Positions 9,553 through 19,474 of a stretch of 64,000 nucleotides of DNA are shown here, one piece after another. Origin of the DNA: an uncultured Alphaproteobacteria bacterium. GTDB taxonomy: Bacteria; Pseudomonadota; Alphaproteobacteria; Rhizobiales; Xanthobacteraceae. The first letter of the stretch is position 1; the number at the start of each line of letters is the position of its first letter. The notes under the pieces were generated by a model. That model was not told where the DNA came from, made no database searches, and worked only from the letters and a program-made list of their open reading frames with translations. Made by a program: the position numbers and the translations under genes. Where the stretch lies: the NCBI GenBank assembly GCA_963815955.1, contig CAWFIQ010000025.1:57020-121019 (forward strand), read 5' to 3'.

Positions 9553-10353
9553 CTAATCCGAGGACGGCGTTGCCGCGCCACGCAGGCCGGCGCGTGCGAC
9601 CGCGGCGTTGATCAGCCCTTCGGACTTCACGTCGTGGGTGAATTGCCGCACGAATGCCATTGCCTGGTCTCTTCCCTTGGGCATGGCGATGGCAAATCGC
9701 TCGACACCCCATCGGCCCTCGAGCACCCTCGATCCCGGCAACTTCTCCGCCATCTCGAACAGGCTGGCCTTGTTGGTCGCATAGGCGCTGATCGCGCCGG
9801 CCGACATCATCTCGATCGCGGCATCGAAGGTGGCGGCGCGGACGACCTCGGCATGCTTGAAGTCGCGCGTCAGCGCGGCGTCGGACGAACTTCCCGCGGT
9901 GACCCCGACACGCTGCCCTGCGGCATCCATCTCGGCCGAATTTGTCAGCGTCGAGCCGCGCGCGACGAGGTAGCCGAGCTCGATCTCGAGATAGGGCGGG
10001 CCGAAATCCATCTCCCGCGCCCGCGCCGCCGTCGCATTGGTGAAGGCGACGTCGACCGCACCGCTTTTGACTGCGGCGAGAACTTCGGCGTTCTTGGCGA
10101 ACACGACAGGCTCATAGGGGACGCCGAGCCGCCGCGCCAACTCCTTGCCGAGTTCATAGCCGACGCCGCGCGGCTCGCCTGATCCGGCATCCGGCAGGAT
10201 CGAGGTCGGCGTGCCCGGATAAAGTCCGGCCCGCAATACGCCTGTTGGCGCCAGTATCAGCCGCGGTTCCGGATCGATCGCGACGGCTGGGCTGATGCTG
10301 CGCCAGGCCAGTGCGCCGGCAACGATCAGAAACGCAACGACGATCCGGCGCAT
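9553..10353 (-). CDS. Periplasmic substrate-binding protein (family 3-like)
   Basis: Signal peptide, ELGKELARRLG, GAVDVAFTNATAAR. Confidence 0.8.
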   Translation of the reverse strand: MRRIVVAFLIVAGALAWRSISPAVAIDPEPRLILAPTGVLRAGLYPGTPTSILPDAGSGEPRGVGYELGKELARRLGVPYEPVVFAKNAEVLAAVKSGAVDVAFTNATAARAREMDFGPPYLEIELGYLVARGSTLTNSAEMDAAGQRVGVTAGSSSDAALTRDFKHAEVVRAATFDAAIEMMSAGAISAYATNKASLFEMAEKLPGSRVLEGRWGVERFAIAMPKGRDQAMAFVRQFTHDVKSEGLINAAVARAGLRGAATPSSD

Positions 10354-10431
10354 CCGGTAACTCTCCCTTTTCGTCCCGTCCAGTCGCGGCCACTACTGGC
10401 CACCCACATGTTTGTTGACTGGACCTGATAA

Positions 10432-10449
10432 TTTGTACAAACGTACAAA
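10432..10449. promoter_or_regulatory. Probable TetR operator
   Basis: Perfect inverted repeat TTTGTAC-aaac-GTACAAA 24 nt before the tetR start, in the divergent intergenic region. Confidence 0.65.
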
Positions 10450-10473
10450 AGTCGAAAGCGGAAAGCAAATGCC

Positions 10474-11199
10474 ATGACGCGAAACCCGAATATGCGGGAA
10501 GCCATCCTGAGCGCGGCGGAGCTGTTGTTCTCGACGCGCGGCTTCAATGCCGTGTCGATCCGCGACATCGCGCTGGAAGCGGGCGCCAATCCGGGCAGCA
10601 TCACCTATCACTTCAAGAGCAAGGACGGGCTGCTGCTGGAAATCTACAAGCGCCATTGCGGGCCGATGAACAAGCGCCGCATCGAGTTGCTGGTGGCGGC
10701 ACGGCGCGTACGCGACGTTCAGGACCGGCTGGAGGCGATCGTGCGGGCCTATGTGCAGCCGGCGTTTTCATCCAGCAGCGACCTCGCCGGCGGCGGAGCG
10801 CGGTTCACGCGGCTGCGGGCCGTGATGTCGGCCGAAGGCAACGCCGTGGTGGGCCGCATCATCGCCGAGATTTTCGACGACACTACCCATGCCTTCATCG
10901 AGGCGATCGAGGAAAGCCTGCCGCATCTGCCGCGGACCACGATCGTGTGGCGGTCGCAATTCCTGCTCGGCGCACTCTATTATACCCTCGTCAGCCCGGA
11001 GCGGGTCACGAGGCTGTCGCGCGGCGAAGCCGATGGCGCCGATATGGCGGAAGCGATCGAGCAACTCGTCTCGGCGACGGTCGCCTCGTTGCAGGCGCCC
11101 GATGTCGATCACATCGGCTCCGCGTCCCCTCGGACGAAGCAAGCCCAGCCTCCGGCAAAAGGCGCCGCTGGCAAGCGGAAAGAAAATTCGGCTTCATGA
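10474..11199 (+). CDS. TetR/AcrR family regulator
   Basis: N-terminal HTH AILSAAELLFSTRGFNAVSIRDIA...ITYHFKSK. Confidence 0.93.
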   Translation: MTRNPNMREAILSAAELLFSTRGFNAVSIRDIALEAGANPGSITYHFKSKDGLLLEIYKRHCGPMNKRRIELLVAARRVRDVQDRLEAIVRAYVQPAFSSSSDLAGGGARFTRLRAVMSAEGNAVVGRIIAEIFDDTTHAFIEAIEESLPHLPRTTIVWRSQFLLGALYYTLVSPERVTRLSRGEADGADMAEAIEQLVSATVASLQAPDVDHIGSASPRTKQAQPPAKGAAGKRKENSAS

Positions 11200-11245
11200 A
11201 GTTCGAGGCGCCGTGAAGCGCAACCAAAACACTGCAGAAGGCACC

Positions 11246-12115
11246 ATGCACAAGCCGACGATCCCCGGACCCGATCCCGATACGCGAACGCCGAAATTCA
11301 AACTTCCGGCGCTGGCGTGTGACGCGCATACCCACATCTTCGGCCCCGGTGACAAATACCCGTACGCGCCGGGGCGGCCCTATACGCCGCCCGATGCGCC
11401 GCTGGAGGATTTCCGGGCGCTGCACAAGAAGATCGGGATCGGCCGCGCCGTCATCGTCAACGCCAGCGTGCACGGCACCGACAACCGCGTGGCGCTCGAT
11501 GCCATCGCCGTGAGCAACGGCACCTTTCGTGCCGTCGCCAATATCGACGATACCATTACCGAGCACGGGCTTCGCGAGCTGCATGAAGGCGGCTTCCGCG
11601 GCTGCCGCTTCAACTTCGTGCGCCATCTCGGCGGGGTGCCCGATATGGCGGTCTTTCACCGCATCGTCGCGATGGTCGCGCCGCTCGGCTGGCATATCGA
11701 TCTGCATTTCGACGCGATCGACCTGCCCGAATATGCCGGGATGCTGGCAAAATTGCCGGTGCGTTACACCATCGATCACATGGGGCGCGTCAAGGCGTCC
11801 GACGGCCTCGACCAGCTACCGTTCCGGACGCTGATTGACCTGATGACCCGGGACGAGAAATGCTGGGTCAAGGTGTGCGGCTGCGAGCGGGTATCGTCGG
11901 GCGGACCGCCGTTCCATGACGCGGTGCCTTTTGCTCGCCGTATCATCGAGACCGCGCCCGATCGCGTGATCTGGGGGACCGACTGGCCGCACCCGAACGT
12001 CAAGGTGATGCCGAACGACGGCGATCTGGTCGACCTCATTCCGCTGTTTGCGCCGGAGCTGGATCTGCAGCAGAAGATCCTGGTCGACAATCCGGCGCGG
12101 CTGTTCGAATTTTGA
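11246..12115 (+). CDS. Amidohydrolase_2, 2-pyrone-4,6-dicarboxylate lactonase (LigI)-like
   Basis: CDAHTHIFGP, IDHMGR, VIWGTDWPHPN, ILVDNPARLF. Confidence 0.82.
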   Translation: MHKPTIPGPDPDTRTPKFKLPALACDAHTHIFGPGDKYPYAPGRPYTPPDAPLEDFRALHKKIGIGRAVIVNASVHGTDNRVALDAIAVSNGTFRAVANIDDTITEHGLRELHEGGFRGCRFNFVRHLGGVPDMAVFHRIVAMVAPLGWHIDLHFDAIDLPEYAGMLAKLPVRYTIDHMGRVKASDGLDQLPFRTLIDLMTRDEKCWVKVCGCERVSSGGPPFHDAVPFARRIIETAPDRVIWGTDWPHPNVKVMPNDGDLVDLIPLFAPELDLQQKILVDNPARLFEF

Positions 12116-12128
12116 GGGAGCGCGTGCG

Positions 12129-13133
12129 ATGGCGGACAAACACGAGCGATACACAATGAGCCGGCGCCGCGCGTCGTTCGCCGGGATGGCTGCGCTGGCG
12201 GCGGCATTGTTGCTGCCGCAAATCGCCCACGCGCAAAACTATCCGAACCGGCCGGTGCGGCTGATCCTGCCGTTCGGCGCCGGCGGTGTCGCCGACGTCA
12301 CCGCGCGGCTCGTCACCGAGAAACTCGGCGAAAAGCTTGGTCAGCGCTTCGTCATCGAGAACATGGCGGGAGCGGGGGGTATCACTGCCGCGCGCGCCGT
12401 GCTTTCCGCACCTCCGGACGGCTACACACTGGCGCTGCTGAGCAATGGCACGGCCATCTCGGTATCGTTGTTCAAGAGCCTTGGCTTCAATCCGGTGACC
12501 GATTTCGTTCCGGTTTCGAGCATGGGCTATTTCGACTTCATCTTCGTGACGCAAGCCGGTTCGCCATATCCGACGCTGGCTGAATTCATCAAGGCGGCCA
12601 AGGCAAAGCCCGGCACGCTCAATGTCGGCACCATCAATGTCGGGTCGACCCAGAACCTTTCGGCGCAATTGTTCAAATCGACCGCCGGTGTCGATGTCAC
12701 CATCGTGCCGTTCCGCAGTTCGCCCGATGTGCTGATCGCGCTGCTGCGCGGCGATATCCAGATGGCGATCGAGAATTACAGCGCGGTGCAGTCGCATGTT
12801 GCCGACAAGGCCGCCATCGCCGTGGCGTCTTCGGGCCCGGTCCGCACTTCGTTCCTGCCGGATGTGCCGACGGTGAAGGAGGCGGGCGGCGGCGACTTCG
12901 AGGCGCGGTCCTGGAATGCGATCTTTGCACCCAAGGGCACGCCGCCCGAAGTGGTCGCGACGCTGAACGCCGCGCTGCGCGAGGTGCTCGAGATGCCGGA
13001 GCTCAAGAAGCGCGCACTCGATCTCGGCATCGAGGCCAAGGCAAGCTCGCCTGAGGAAATCCGCGACCGGTTGAAAGCCGATATCGACAAATGGGTTCAG
13101 GTGATCGATCGCGCAGGAATTGCCCTACAATAG
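12129..13133 (+). CDS. Bug/TctC substrate-binding protein
   Basis: YPNRPVRLILPFGAGGVADVTAR; C-terminal Bug signature. Confidence 0.92.
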   Translation: MADKHERYTMSRRRASFAGMAALAAALLLPQIAHAQNYPNRPVRLILPFGAGGVADVTARLVTEKLGEKLGQRFVIENMAGAGGITAARAVLSAPPDGYTLALLSNGTAISVSLFKSLGFNPVTDFVPVSSMGYFDFIFVTQAGSPYPTLAEFIKAAKAKPGTLNVGTINVGSTQNLSAQLFKSTAGVDVTIVPFRSSPDVLIALLRGDIQMAIENYSAVQSHVADKAAIAVASSGPVRTSFLPDVPTVKEAGGGDFEARSWNAIFAPKGTPPEVVATLNAALREVLEMPELKKRALDLGIEAKASSPEEIRDRLKADIDKWVQVIDRAGIALQ

Positions 13134-13188
13134 TCACGCGGCCGGTGCGGCCGGCCGCGTGCAGCAAACGAAGGAGGAAATCCCGATC

Positions 13189-13914
13189 ATGAGCAATGCT
13201 GGCAAAACGGGCCTGGTCGTTACGGCGCATCCCGGCGACTTCGTCTGGCGCGCGGGCGGCGCGATCGCGCTGCACGCCAAAAAAGGCTACCGCATCAAGA
13301 TCGCCTGCCTGTCGTTCGGCGAGCGCGGCGAGAGCCAGTTCGCCTGGAAGGAGGCGGGCGCGACGATGGAGAAGGTCAAGGCGGGTCGGCGCGACGAGGC
13401 GCAGCGCGCAGCGGAGATGCTGGGCGCAGAGATTGAATTCTTCGACGCCGGCGATTATCCGCTGCGGCTGACGGAGGCGCATTTCGACCGCATGGTCGAT
13501 ATCTACCGCGAACTCAACCCGTCCTTCGTGCTGACCCACGCGCTGGAAGATCCCTATAATTTCGATCATCCGAATGCGGCGCACTTCGCCCAGGAAACCC
13601 GGGTGGTCGCGCAGGCGATGGGCCACAAGCCCGGCGCCAAATACACCTATTCCGCGCCGCCGGTGTTCCTGTTCGAACCGCATCAGCCGGAGATGTGCAA
13701 TTTCAAGCCGCAGGTGATCCTCAACATCGACGAGGTCTGGGAGATCAAGCGCAAGACGTTCGAGATCCTCGCCGCGCAGAAGCATCTGTGGGCTTACTAT
13801 GAGCGGGTCGCGCTGCAGCGGGGCGTGCAGGGCGGTCGCAATACCGGCAAGCCGATGACCTATGGCGAGGCCTATCAGCGGCTGTTCCCGATGGCGATGG
13901 AGGAACTGGCATGA
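13189..13914 (+). CDS. galB: PIG-L family protein, 4-oxalomesaconate hydratase GalB-like
   Basis: VVTAHPGDFVWRAGG, LSFGERGES, DPYNFDHP, FEPHQPE. Confidence 0.8.
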   Translation: MSNAGKTGLVVTAHPGDFVWRAGGAIALHAKKGYRIKIACLSFGERGESQFAWKEAGATMEKVKAGRRDEAQRAAEMLGAEIEFFDAGDYPLRLTEAHFDRMVDIYRELNPSFVLTHALEDPYNFDHPNAAHFAQETRVVAQAMGHKPGAKYTYSAPPVFLFEPHQPEMCNFKPQVILNIDEVWEIKRKTFEILAAQKHLWAYYERVALQRGVQGGRNTGKPMTYGEAYQRLFPMAMEELA

Positions 13915-14603
13915 AGACGGTCGTCGTCCGCAACATCAAGCGCACAGAGGCCGAACTCGTCAAACGGTTAGGCGCGTTCGGCGTCGCCACCGCGCATGAG
14001 GCCTATGGCCGCTTCGGGCTGATGAAGCCGTATCTGCGCCCCGTTTGGAGTGGGGCCGAAACATCGGGCACCGCCGTGACCGTGCTGGCGCAGCCCGGCG
14101 ATAATTGGATGATCCATGTCGCGGTCGAGCAGTGCCAGCCCGGCGACATTCTGGTGGTCGGCTGCACAGCTGACAATACCGACGGCATGTTCGGCGATCT
14201 GCTCGCGACCTCGCTGATGGCGCGCGGCGTTCGCGGCCTCATCATCGATGCCGGCGTTCGCGACGCCAAATCGCTGCGTGAAATGGGCTTTCCGGTGTGG
14301 TCGAAGGCGATCTCGGCCAAGGGCACGGTGAAGGCGACGCTCGGCGCGGTCAACGTGCCCGTGGTCTGCGCCGGGATCAACGTGGTGCCGGGCGATGCGG
14401 TCGTCGCCGACGATGACGGCGTCGTGGTGATCCGCCGCAAGGATGCGGCCGACGTGGTCGCCAAGGGCGAGAAACGCGTTGCCGACGAGGACGGCAAGCG
14501 CAAGCAGTTGGCGGCGGGCGTGCTCGGGCTCGACATGTACAAGATGCGCGAGCCGCTGGCGAAAGCCGGCCTCGTCTATGTCGACAAGCTGGAGGAAGAC
14601 TGA
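13911..14603 (+). CDS. ligK: 4-carboxy-4-hydroxy-2-oxoadipate aldolase (HMG/CHA aldolase, RraA-like)
   Basis: GVATAHEAYGR, PGDNWMIHVA, FGDLLATSL, IDAGVRD; ATGA overlap with galB. Confidence 0.9.
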   Translation: MKTVVVRNIKRTEAELVKRLGAFGVATAHEAYGRFGLMKPYLRPVWSGAETSGTAVTVLAQPGDNWMIHVAVEQCQPGDILVVGCTADNTDGMFGDLLATSLMARGVRGLIIDAGVRDAKSLREMGFPVWSKAISAKGTVKATLGAVNVPVVCAGINVVPGDAVVADDDGVVVIRRKDAADVVAKGEKRVADEDGKRKQLAAGVLGLDMYKMREPLAKAGLVYVDKLEED

Positions 14604-14610
14604 GGTGGCG

Positions 14611-15456
14611 ATGCGTCTGCGCACCTTGCTCGGTGACCATCCCGGTACGTCCGCGCTGAAGAACGGGTCGATCAGGTCGGATCTGGTCGAGTTCGATTTC
14701 GCGCCGTATTCGCCGACCAACAAGGGTTTCAAGCCGATGGTCCGCGAAGGGGCGTTCGACGTCTCGGAGATGGCGATCGTCACCTATCTGATGGCAAGAT
14801 CTTTCGGCAAGCCGATGGTGCTGTTGCCCGATGTCGTGCTGGCGCGGTTCCAGCACGGGCACGCGCTCTACAATGCGAAGACGGGAAAACTCGCGCCGCG
14901 CGATCTCAACGGCAAGCGCGTCGGCATTCGCTCCTTCACCACCACGACCGGTGCTTGGCTGCGCGGCATTCTTGCCAATGATTATGGCGTCGATCTCAAT
15001 TCGATCGACTGGGTGACGTTCGAGGACGCGCATGTCGCCGAATTCGTCGATACGACCAAGCGGGCGCTCGCGGGCAAGCAGATCGTGCAGATGCTGATCG
15101 ACGGCGAGCTTGATGCGGTGCTGGGCGAGAAATCGGACCATCCGGATTTGAAGCCGCTGTTTGCCGATGTCGCGGCCGAAGAGAAGGCCTGGTTCGGGAA
15201 ACACAAGGTGGTGCCGATCAACCACATGGTGGTGGTGAGCGGGACTTTGTCCGACCAGCACCCGGACGTGGTGCGGGAGGTCCATCGGTTGCTCGTCGAA
15301 TCTGCTGCGGCTTCTTCCGCTGCGCCGCGTTTTGACCGGGGCGAGATGCAGCGCTCGCTGGAGCTGATTATCGATTATTCGGCGCAGCAAAAGCTCGTTC
15401 CACGCGCGTTCACCGTCGATGAGCTGTTCGACGATGTAACGCGGGCACTTTGGTAA
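14611..15456 (+). CDS. 4,5-dihydroxyphthalate decarboxylase-like protein (SBP-like fold)
   Basis: FDVSEMAIVTYL, RFQH, LNGKRVG, WLRGIL...YGVD, PINHMVVV. Confidence 0.7.
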   Translation: MRLRTLLGDHPGTSALKNGSIRSDLVEFDFAPYSPTNKGFKPMVREGAFDVSEMAIVTYLMARSFGKPMVLLPDVVLARFQHGHALYNAKTGKLAPRDLNGKRVGIRSFTTTTGAWLRGILANDYGVDLNSIDWVTFEDAHVAEFVDTTKRALAGKQIVQMLIDGELDAVLGEKSDHPDLKPLFADVAAEEKAWFGKHKVVPINHMVVVSGTLSDQHPDVVREVHRLLVESAAASSAAPRFDRGEMQRSLELIIDYSAQQKLVPRAFTVDELFDDVTRALW

Positions 15457-15468
15457 CACCCGCACGGT

Positions 15469-15572
15469 GTCATCATCCGCGAAGGCGGATGATCCAGTAC
15501 CCCGGGGCCTCTCGGGTCGAAGCACGGCGTACTCTGGAATACTGGGTCGCCCGCGCTTTCGCGGAGGATGAC
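15469..15572. repeat. REP/RIME-like palindromic repeat inside the operon
   Basis: Terminal GTCATC/GATGAC, internal hairpins, CTCTGGAATACTGGGTC core shared with the repeat at 313-367. Confidence 0.8.
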
Positions 15573-15602
15573 GAGCCGAGAACTACGGATCAGGAGAACA
15601 AC

Positions 15603-16553
15603 ATGACCCCCGAGCCGATTTTCGATCTCGCCCATCTCGGCCACATGGAATTGCTGACGCCGAAGCCGGACGAGAGCCTGAAATTCTTCGTCGACGTCAT
15701 GGGCATGACGGTCAGCGGCCAGAAGGGTAAGTCGGTCTATCTGCGCGGCTGGGACGATTACGAGCGCTATTCGCTCAAGCTGACGGCCTCGAAAACGTCG
15801 GGCATGGAGCACATGGCGCTACGCGCCCGCAGCCCGCAGGCGCTGGAGCGCCGCGTCGTGGCGCTGAAGGGCTCCGGCTTCGACATCGGCTGGGTTGACG
15901 GCGACATGGGGCAGGGGCCGGCGTTCCGCTGCCGCGACCCCGATGGTCATATCGTCGAACTCTATTACGAGACCGAATGGTATCAGGCCCCGCCTGAGCT
16001 CAAGCCGGCGCTGAAGAACCAGGCGCAGCGGTTTCCGGCGCGCGGCGTCAACGTCCGACGGCTCGACCACCTCAATTGCCTTGCGGTGGACATCAGGGCC
16101 AACCGGCTCTTCTTCGAGAACTATCTGGGCCTGCGCACCACCGAACAGATCGTGCTCAACGACGGCACGGAAGCCGCGATGTGGATGACGATGTCGAACA
16201 AGAGCTACGACTTCGCCTATACCCGCGATCATTATGGCAAGGCCGGCCGCTTCCATCACGTCACCTACGCGCTCGACAGCCGCGAGGAAATCCTGCGCGC
16301 CGCCGATATCTTTCTCGAAAATGGCATCCACATCGAGACCGGTCCGCACAAGCATGCGATCCAGCAGACGTTCTTCCTCTACGTCTACGAGCCCGGCGGC
16401 AACCGCGTCGAGGTCGCCAACGCCGGCGCCCGCCTGATCCTGGCACCCGATTGGAAACCGATCATCTGGACCGAGGAAGAGCGCAAGAAGGGCCAGGCGT
16501 GGGGGCTGAAGACGATCGAGTCGTTCCATACGCACGGCACGCCGCCGGTGTGA
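15603..16553 (+). CDS. Catechol 2,3-dioxygenase-type (VOC) extradiol dioxygenase
   Basis: AHLGHMEL, RRLDHLN, RFHHVTY, GPHKHAIQQTFFLYVYEPGGNRVE. Confidence 0.88.
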   Translation: MTPEPIFDLAHLGHMELLTPKPDESLKFFVDVMGMTVSGQKGKSVYLRGWDDYERYSLKLTASKTSGMEHMALRARSPQALERRVVALKGSGFDIGWVDGDMGQGPAFRCRDPDGHIVELYYETEWYQAPPELKPALKNQAQRFPARGVNVRRLDHLNCLAVDIRANRLFFENYLGLRTTEQIVLNDGTEAAMWMTMSNKSYDFAYTRDHYGKAGRFHHVTYALDSREEILRAADIFLENGIHIETGPHKHAIQQTFFLYVYEPGGNRVEVANAGARLILAPDWKPIIWTEEERKKGQAWGLKTIESFHTHGTPPV

Positions 16554-16680
16554 GAGCCCCGCCGGGATCGTCGATCGCGTTCAAAATACGGCAAGGGTCG
16601 ACCAAAAGTGTGAGCCTTGCAGCTTCACTGTCGCGCACCATCTTGGTCGGGTGGCGAAGTGGACAGTGTGGAACGGCGCG

Positions 16681-17893
16681 ATGGCACAGCGTGTGGATTT
16701 CGATTTCACCAGCGAGTCGTTTTTTCGTGATCCGCAGGCCGGCGTCGCGCAACTGCGGTCGATCGGTCCTGCCGTCGCGACGAAATTCCCGATCGTAGGC
16801 CGCGTCTGGGTGACCACGACCTATGAAGCGACGGCGCGGGTGCTGAAGGAAAGCACGTTGTTCACGCTGCGTAAGGAGGGCGGGGCGCTCGTGAGCCTGC
16901 CCTGGTGGATGCCGAAGGCGATCGGAGCGGTCGCCAATAATATGCTGACGATGGATGAGCCAGACCACACGCGGCTGCGCAACATCGTCGATGAGGCGTT
17001 CCGCCGCCGCGCTGTGCTCGACATGGAACCGCATATCCGCGCCATCGCCGATCGCCTCGCCGATGAATTGTTTCGCGATGGCAGTCCTGCCGACCTCGTG
17101 CAGCGCTATGCGCGGATACTGCCGCTATCCGTAATTTGCGAATTGCTCGGCCTGCCGCCGGCCGACCGGCCGAAATTTATCGCATGGGCCAATTCGATGG
17201 CGCATCTCACCAGCGCATTCGGCTTTCTGCGGCTGATCGGCGGGCTCTTCAGGATGCGCCGCTATCTAAAGGGGCGTCTGCAGGTCGCTCGGGAACAGGG
17301 CGGCGAGGGACTGATCGCCGAACTGGTGCGCGTCGAAAAGGAGGGCGGGCGCATCACGCCGGACGAGATGGTCTCGATGGTGTTTCTGCTGCTCGGCGCC
17401 GGGTCGGAGACCACGACGCACCTGATCAGCGGATCGGTGTTTCGAATTGCTGAAGGACCCGGCTCGGCGCGATTGGCTCGCATCCGACTGGAGCCGCGCC
17501 GGGCTGGCGATCGAAGAATTTTTGCGTTTCGTCTCGCCGGTGCAATTCTCCAAGCCGCGCTACGTGCGCCAGGATGTCGATCTCGAAGGCGTGAAGCTGA
17601 AGAAGGGCGACAGGGTGATGGCGATGATCGTCGCCGCCAATCTGGACGCCGACGCGAACGAGTGTCCCGAACGCCTCGATCTCGAGCGGCGGCCGAACCG
17701 GCATCTCGCGTTCGGTACCGGAATTCATTTCTGCCTCGGCCATCAGCTGGCGCGGATCGAAGGGATCTGCGCGCTGCAGGCGCTGTTCACGCGCTGGCCG
17801 GGATTAAAGCTGGCGGTCGAGCCATCACAAATTCATTGGCGGAGACGGCCCGGCATTCGCATGATTGCGGAGTTGCCGGTAACGGCGGTCTAA
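16681..17893 (+). pseudogene. Cytochrome P450 with a +1 frameshift at 17440-17442 (may be an assembly error)
   Basis: AGSETT, EEFLR (ExxR) and heme motif FGTGIHFCLG lie in two frames; removing one T from GTGTTTCGAA gives GSVFELLKDP. Confidence 0.85.
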
Positions 17894-18288
17894 ACAAGCC
17901 GAAAGACGGGAAGCCCGAGTTCCGGATTGGTGGTCTCGACAAACTCGCAAGTCACGCGAGCGCCGCAGCGCACATCTTGAGGAGGACAATCGATCACATT
18001 GCTTAGAATTCGCCCGCCATCGTCAAGTCTGACGAACGCAACAATATACGGCTCCTTGCCCTTCCATTCGGCCTGAGCCGGCCTTCGTACGATTGAAAAC
18101 GTCTCGATGGCGCCTTTGCCCTCACTCTCGCGCCAGGCAATCGGGCTGCGGCAGGTCGGGCACCGTTCCGCCGGCGGCCAGCAGAAATGGCCTTGCTCAA
18201 CGCAGAAAGGCAACAGCAGCCGGCCTTCGCGCGCGGCCGTCCAGTGCGGGGTGGCTTCGCGGCCGCTTCGGGGGGCAGAGTATTTCAT
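17890..18288 (-). CDS. Zn-ribbon/OB-fold DUF35 protein
   Basis: LPFC...FCWPPAERCPTC, GAIETFSIV, PYIVAFVRLDDG; own ATG at 18288 overlaps the thiolase stop (ATGA). Confidence 0.88.
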   Translation of the reverse strand: MKYSAPRSGREATPHWTAAREGRLLLPFCVEQGHFCWPPAERCPTCRSPIAWRESEGKGAIETFSIVRRPAQAEWKGKEPYIVAFVRLDDGGRILSNVIDCPPQDVRCGARVTCEFVETTNPELGLPVFRLV

Positions 18289-19443
18289 ACGGCCTCCAGC
18301 AAAAGGACGCCGTGTGTTGCAAACAGGCCGCCCATTCCATGTGTCATGGTCATTCGTGCGTTCGGGATCTGGCGCACGCCGGCCTCGCCGCGAAGCTGCA
18401 CGACGGCTTCTATCAGATTTCCAATTCCGGCCGCTCGGCCGGGGTAGCCATGCGATAGCAAGCCGCCGTGCGTATTGATCGGCAATCGTCCATCTCCGTT
18501 TGAATTCACCGCCGCGAAAGGCCGCACCCGCTCGTCCCTTCGCTGCAAAGCCGAGATCCTCGACATTGATGAGCATGGCGATCGAGAAGCAGTCGTAGAC
18601 CAGCGCGACATCGATATCGTCGCGCGAGCGGCTGGCGAACGACAGAGCCCGATCAAGCGCCAGACCGGCGCCATGTTTCGTGAGCGATGATGCCGCTGAA
18701 AGGTGAAGGTGCGTGGTGGAAAATCCCGCTCCGATCACGGCCGCGGGCCTCTTGCCGCCTTTGCCCGAGCGCTCCGCAGTTGTCACTACGACAGCGGCTC
18801 CGCCGTCCGAAACCGGAGAGCAGTCCAGCAGGCGAAGCGGGTCTGCTATCATGTGGCTCGCGGTGTAACCGGCAAAGTCCATCGGCGCGCGCATATGCGA
18901 ATTCGGATGCGTGATAGCGGCTGCCCGGTCGTGCAACGCAACGGCGCCAAGATCGTTTTCGTCCGCGCCAAATTCGTTCATGTAGGCGCGCGCCACCATT
19001 CCGAACAGTGACGGCACAGTCGGGCCGAACGGCCTTTCGATATCGGGATGAACGGGTCCGGAATCGGCAAGCGTATTGACGTAGGAATCACGTGTGTTGA
19101 CGCTAAGAGGCATATCGGCCGAAACGATCAGGACGGTCGTCGCCGAGCCGCCTTCGATCATGTTGCGCGCCATATCGACCATGATGGCCGGCGCCGCGCC
19201 GCCACCTTCCAGGGTAAGCGTGACGGCAGGCGCAATGCCAAGATATTCGGCGAATGCCGCGGCGTGGATGAGATATGAATCCGAGCGCGGCGCAAGCGTG
19301 AGGATGGCGTCAACGTCGCTCAGTTCGAGACCGGCGTCGGCGAGTGCCTGCAAAGCCAGCCGTTCATGAAGCGCCATCGGCGTAACGCCCGGAATCTTGC
19401 CGTGCACCGGCTCTGCGATACCGGCTATCATCACATTGCGCAT
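18285..19443 (-). pseudogene. Thiolase-family protein (SCP2/Ltp2-like) with a +1 frameshift at 18499-18501
   Basis: CSPVSDGGAAVVV and VYDCFS in one frame; INTHGGLLSHGY and GMGG in the next; removing one base gives GEFNGDGRLPIN. Confidence 0.85.
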
Positions 19444-19474
19444 CGGGTCATACCTGTCGTGTCAGCGCTGGTCG

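Noticed and set aside
17440-18501. Programmed ribosomal frameshifting in the P450 and thiolase
   Set aside because: No slippery heptamer or stimulatory structure; the same indel pattern recurs in unrelated genes
17890-19443. 517-aa thiolase-DUF35 fusion protein shown in the ORF track
   Set aside because: Produced by the frameshift at 18499-18501; the true thiolase C-terminus and a separate DUF35 start (ATGA overlap) are visible
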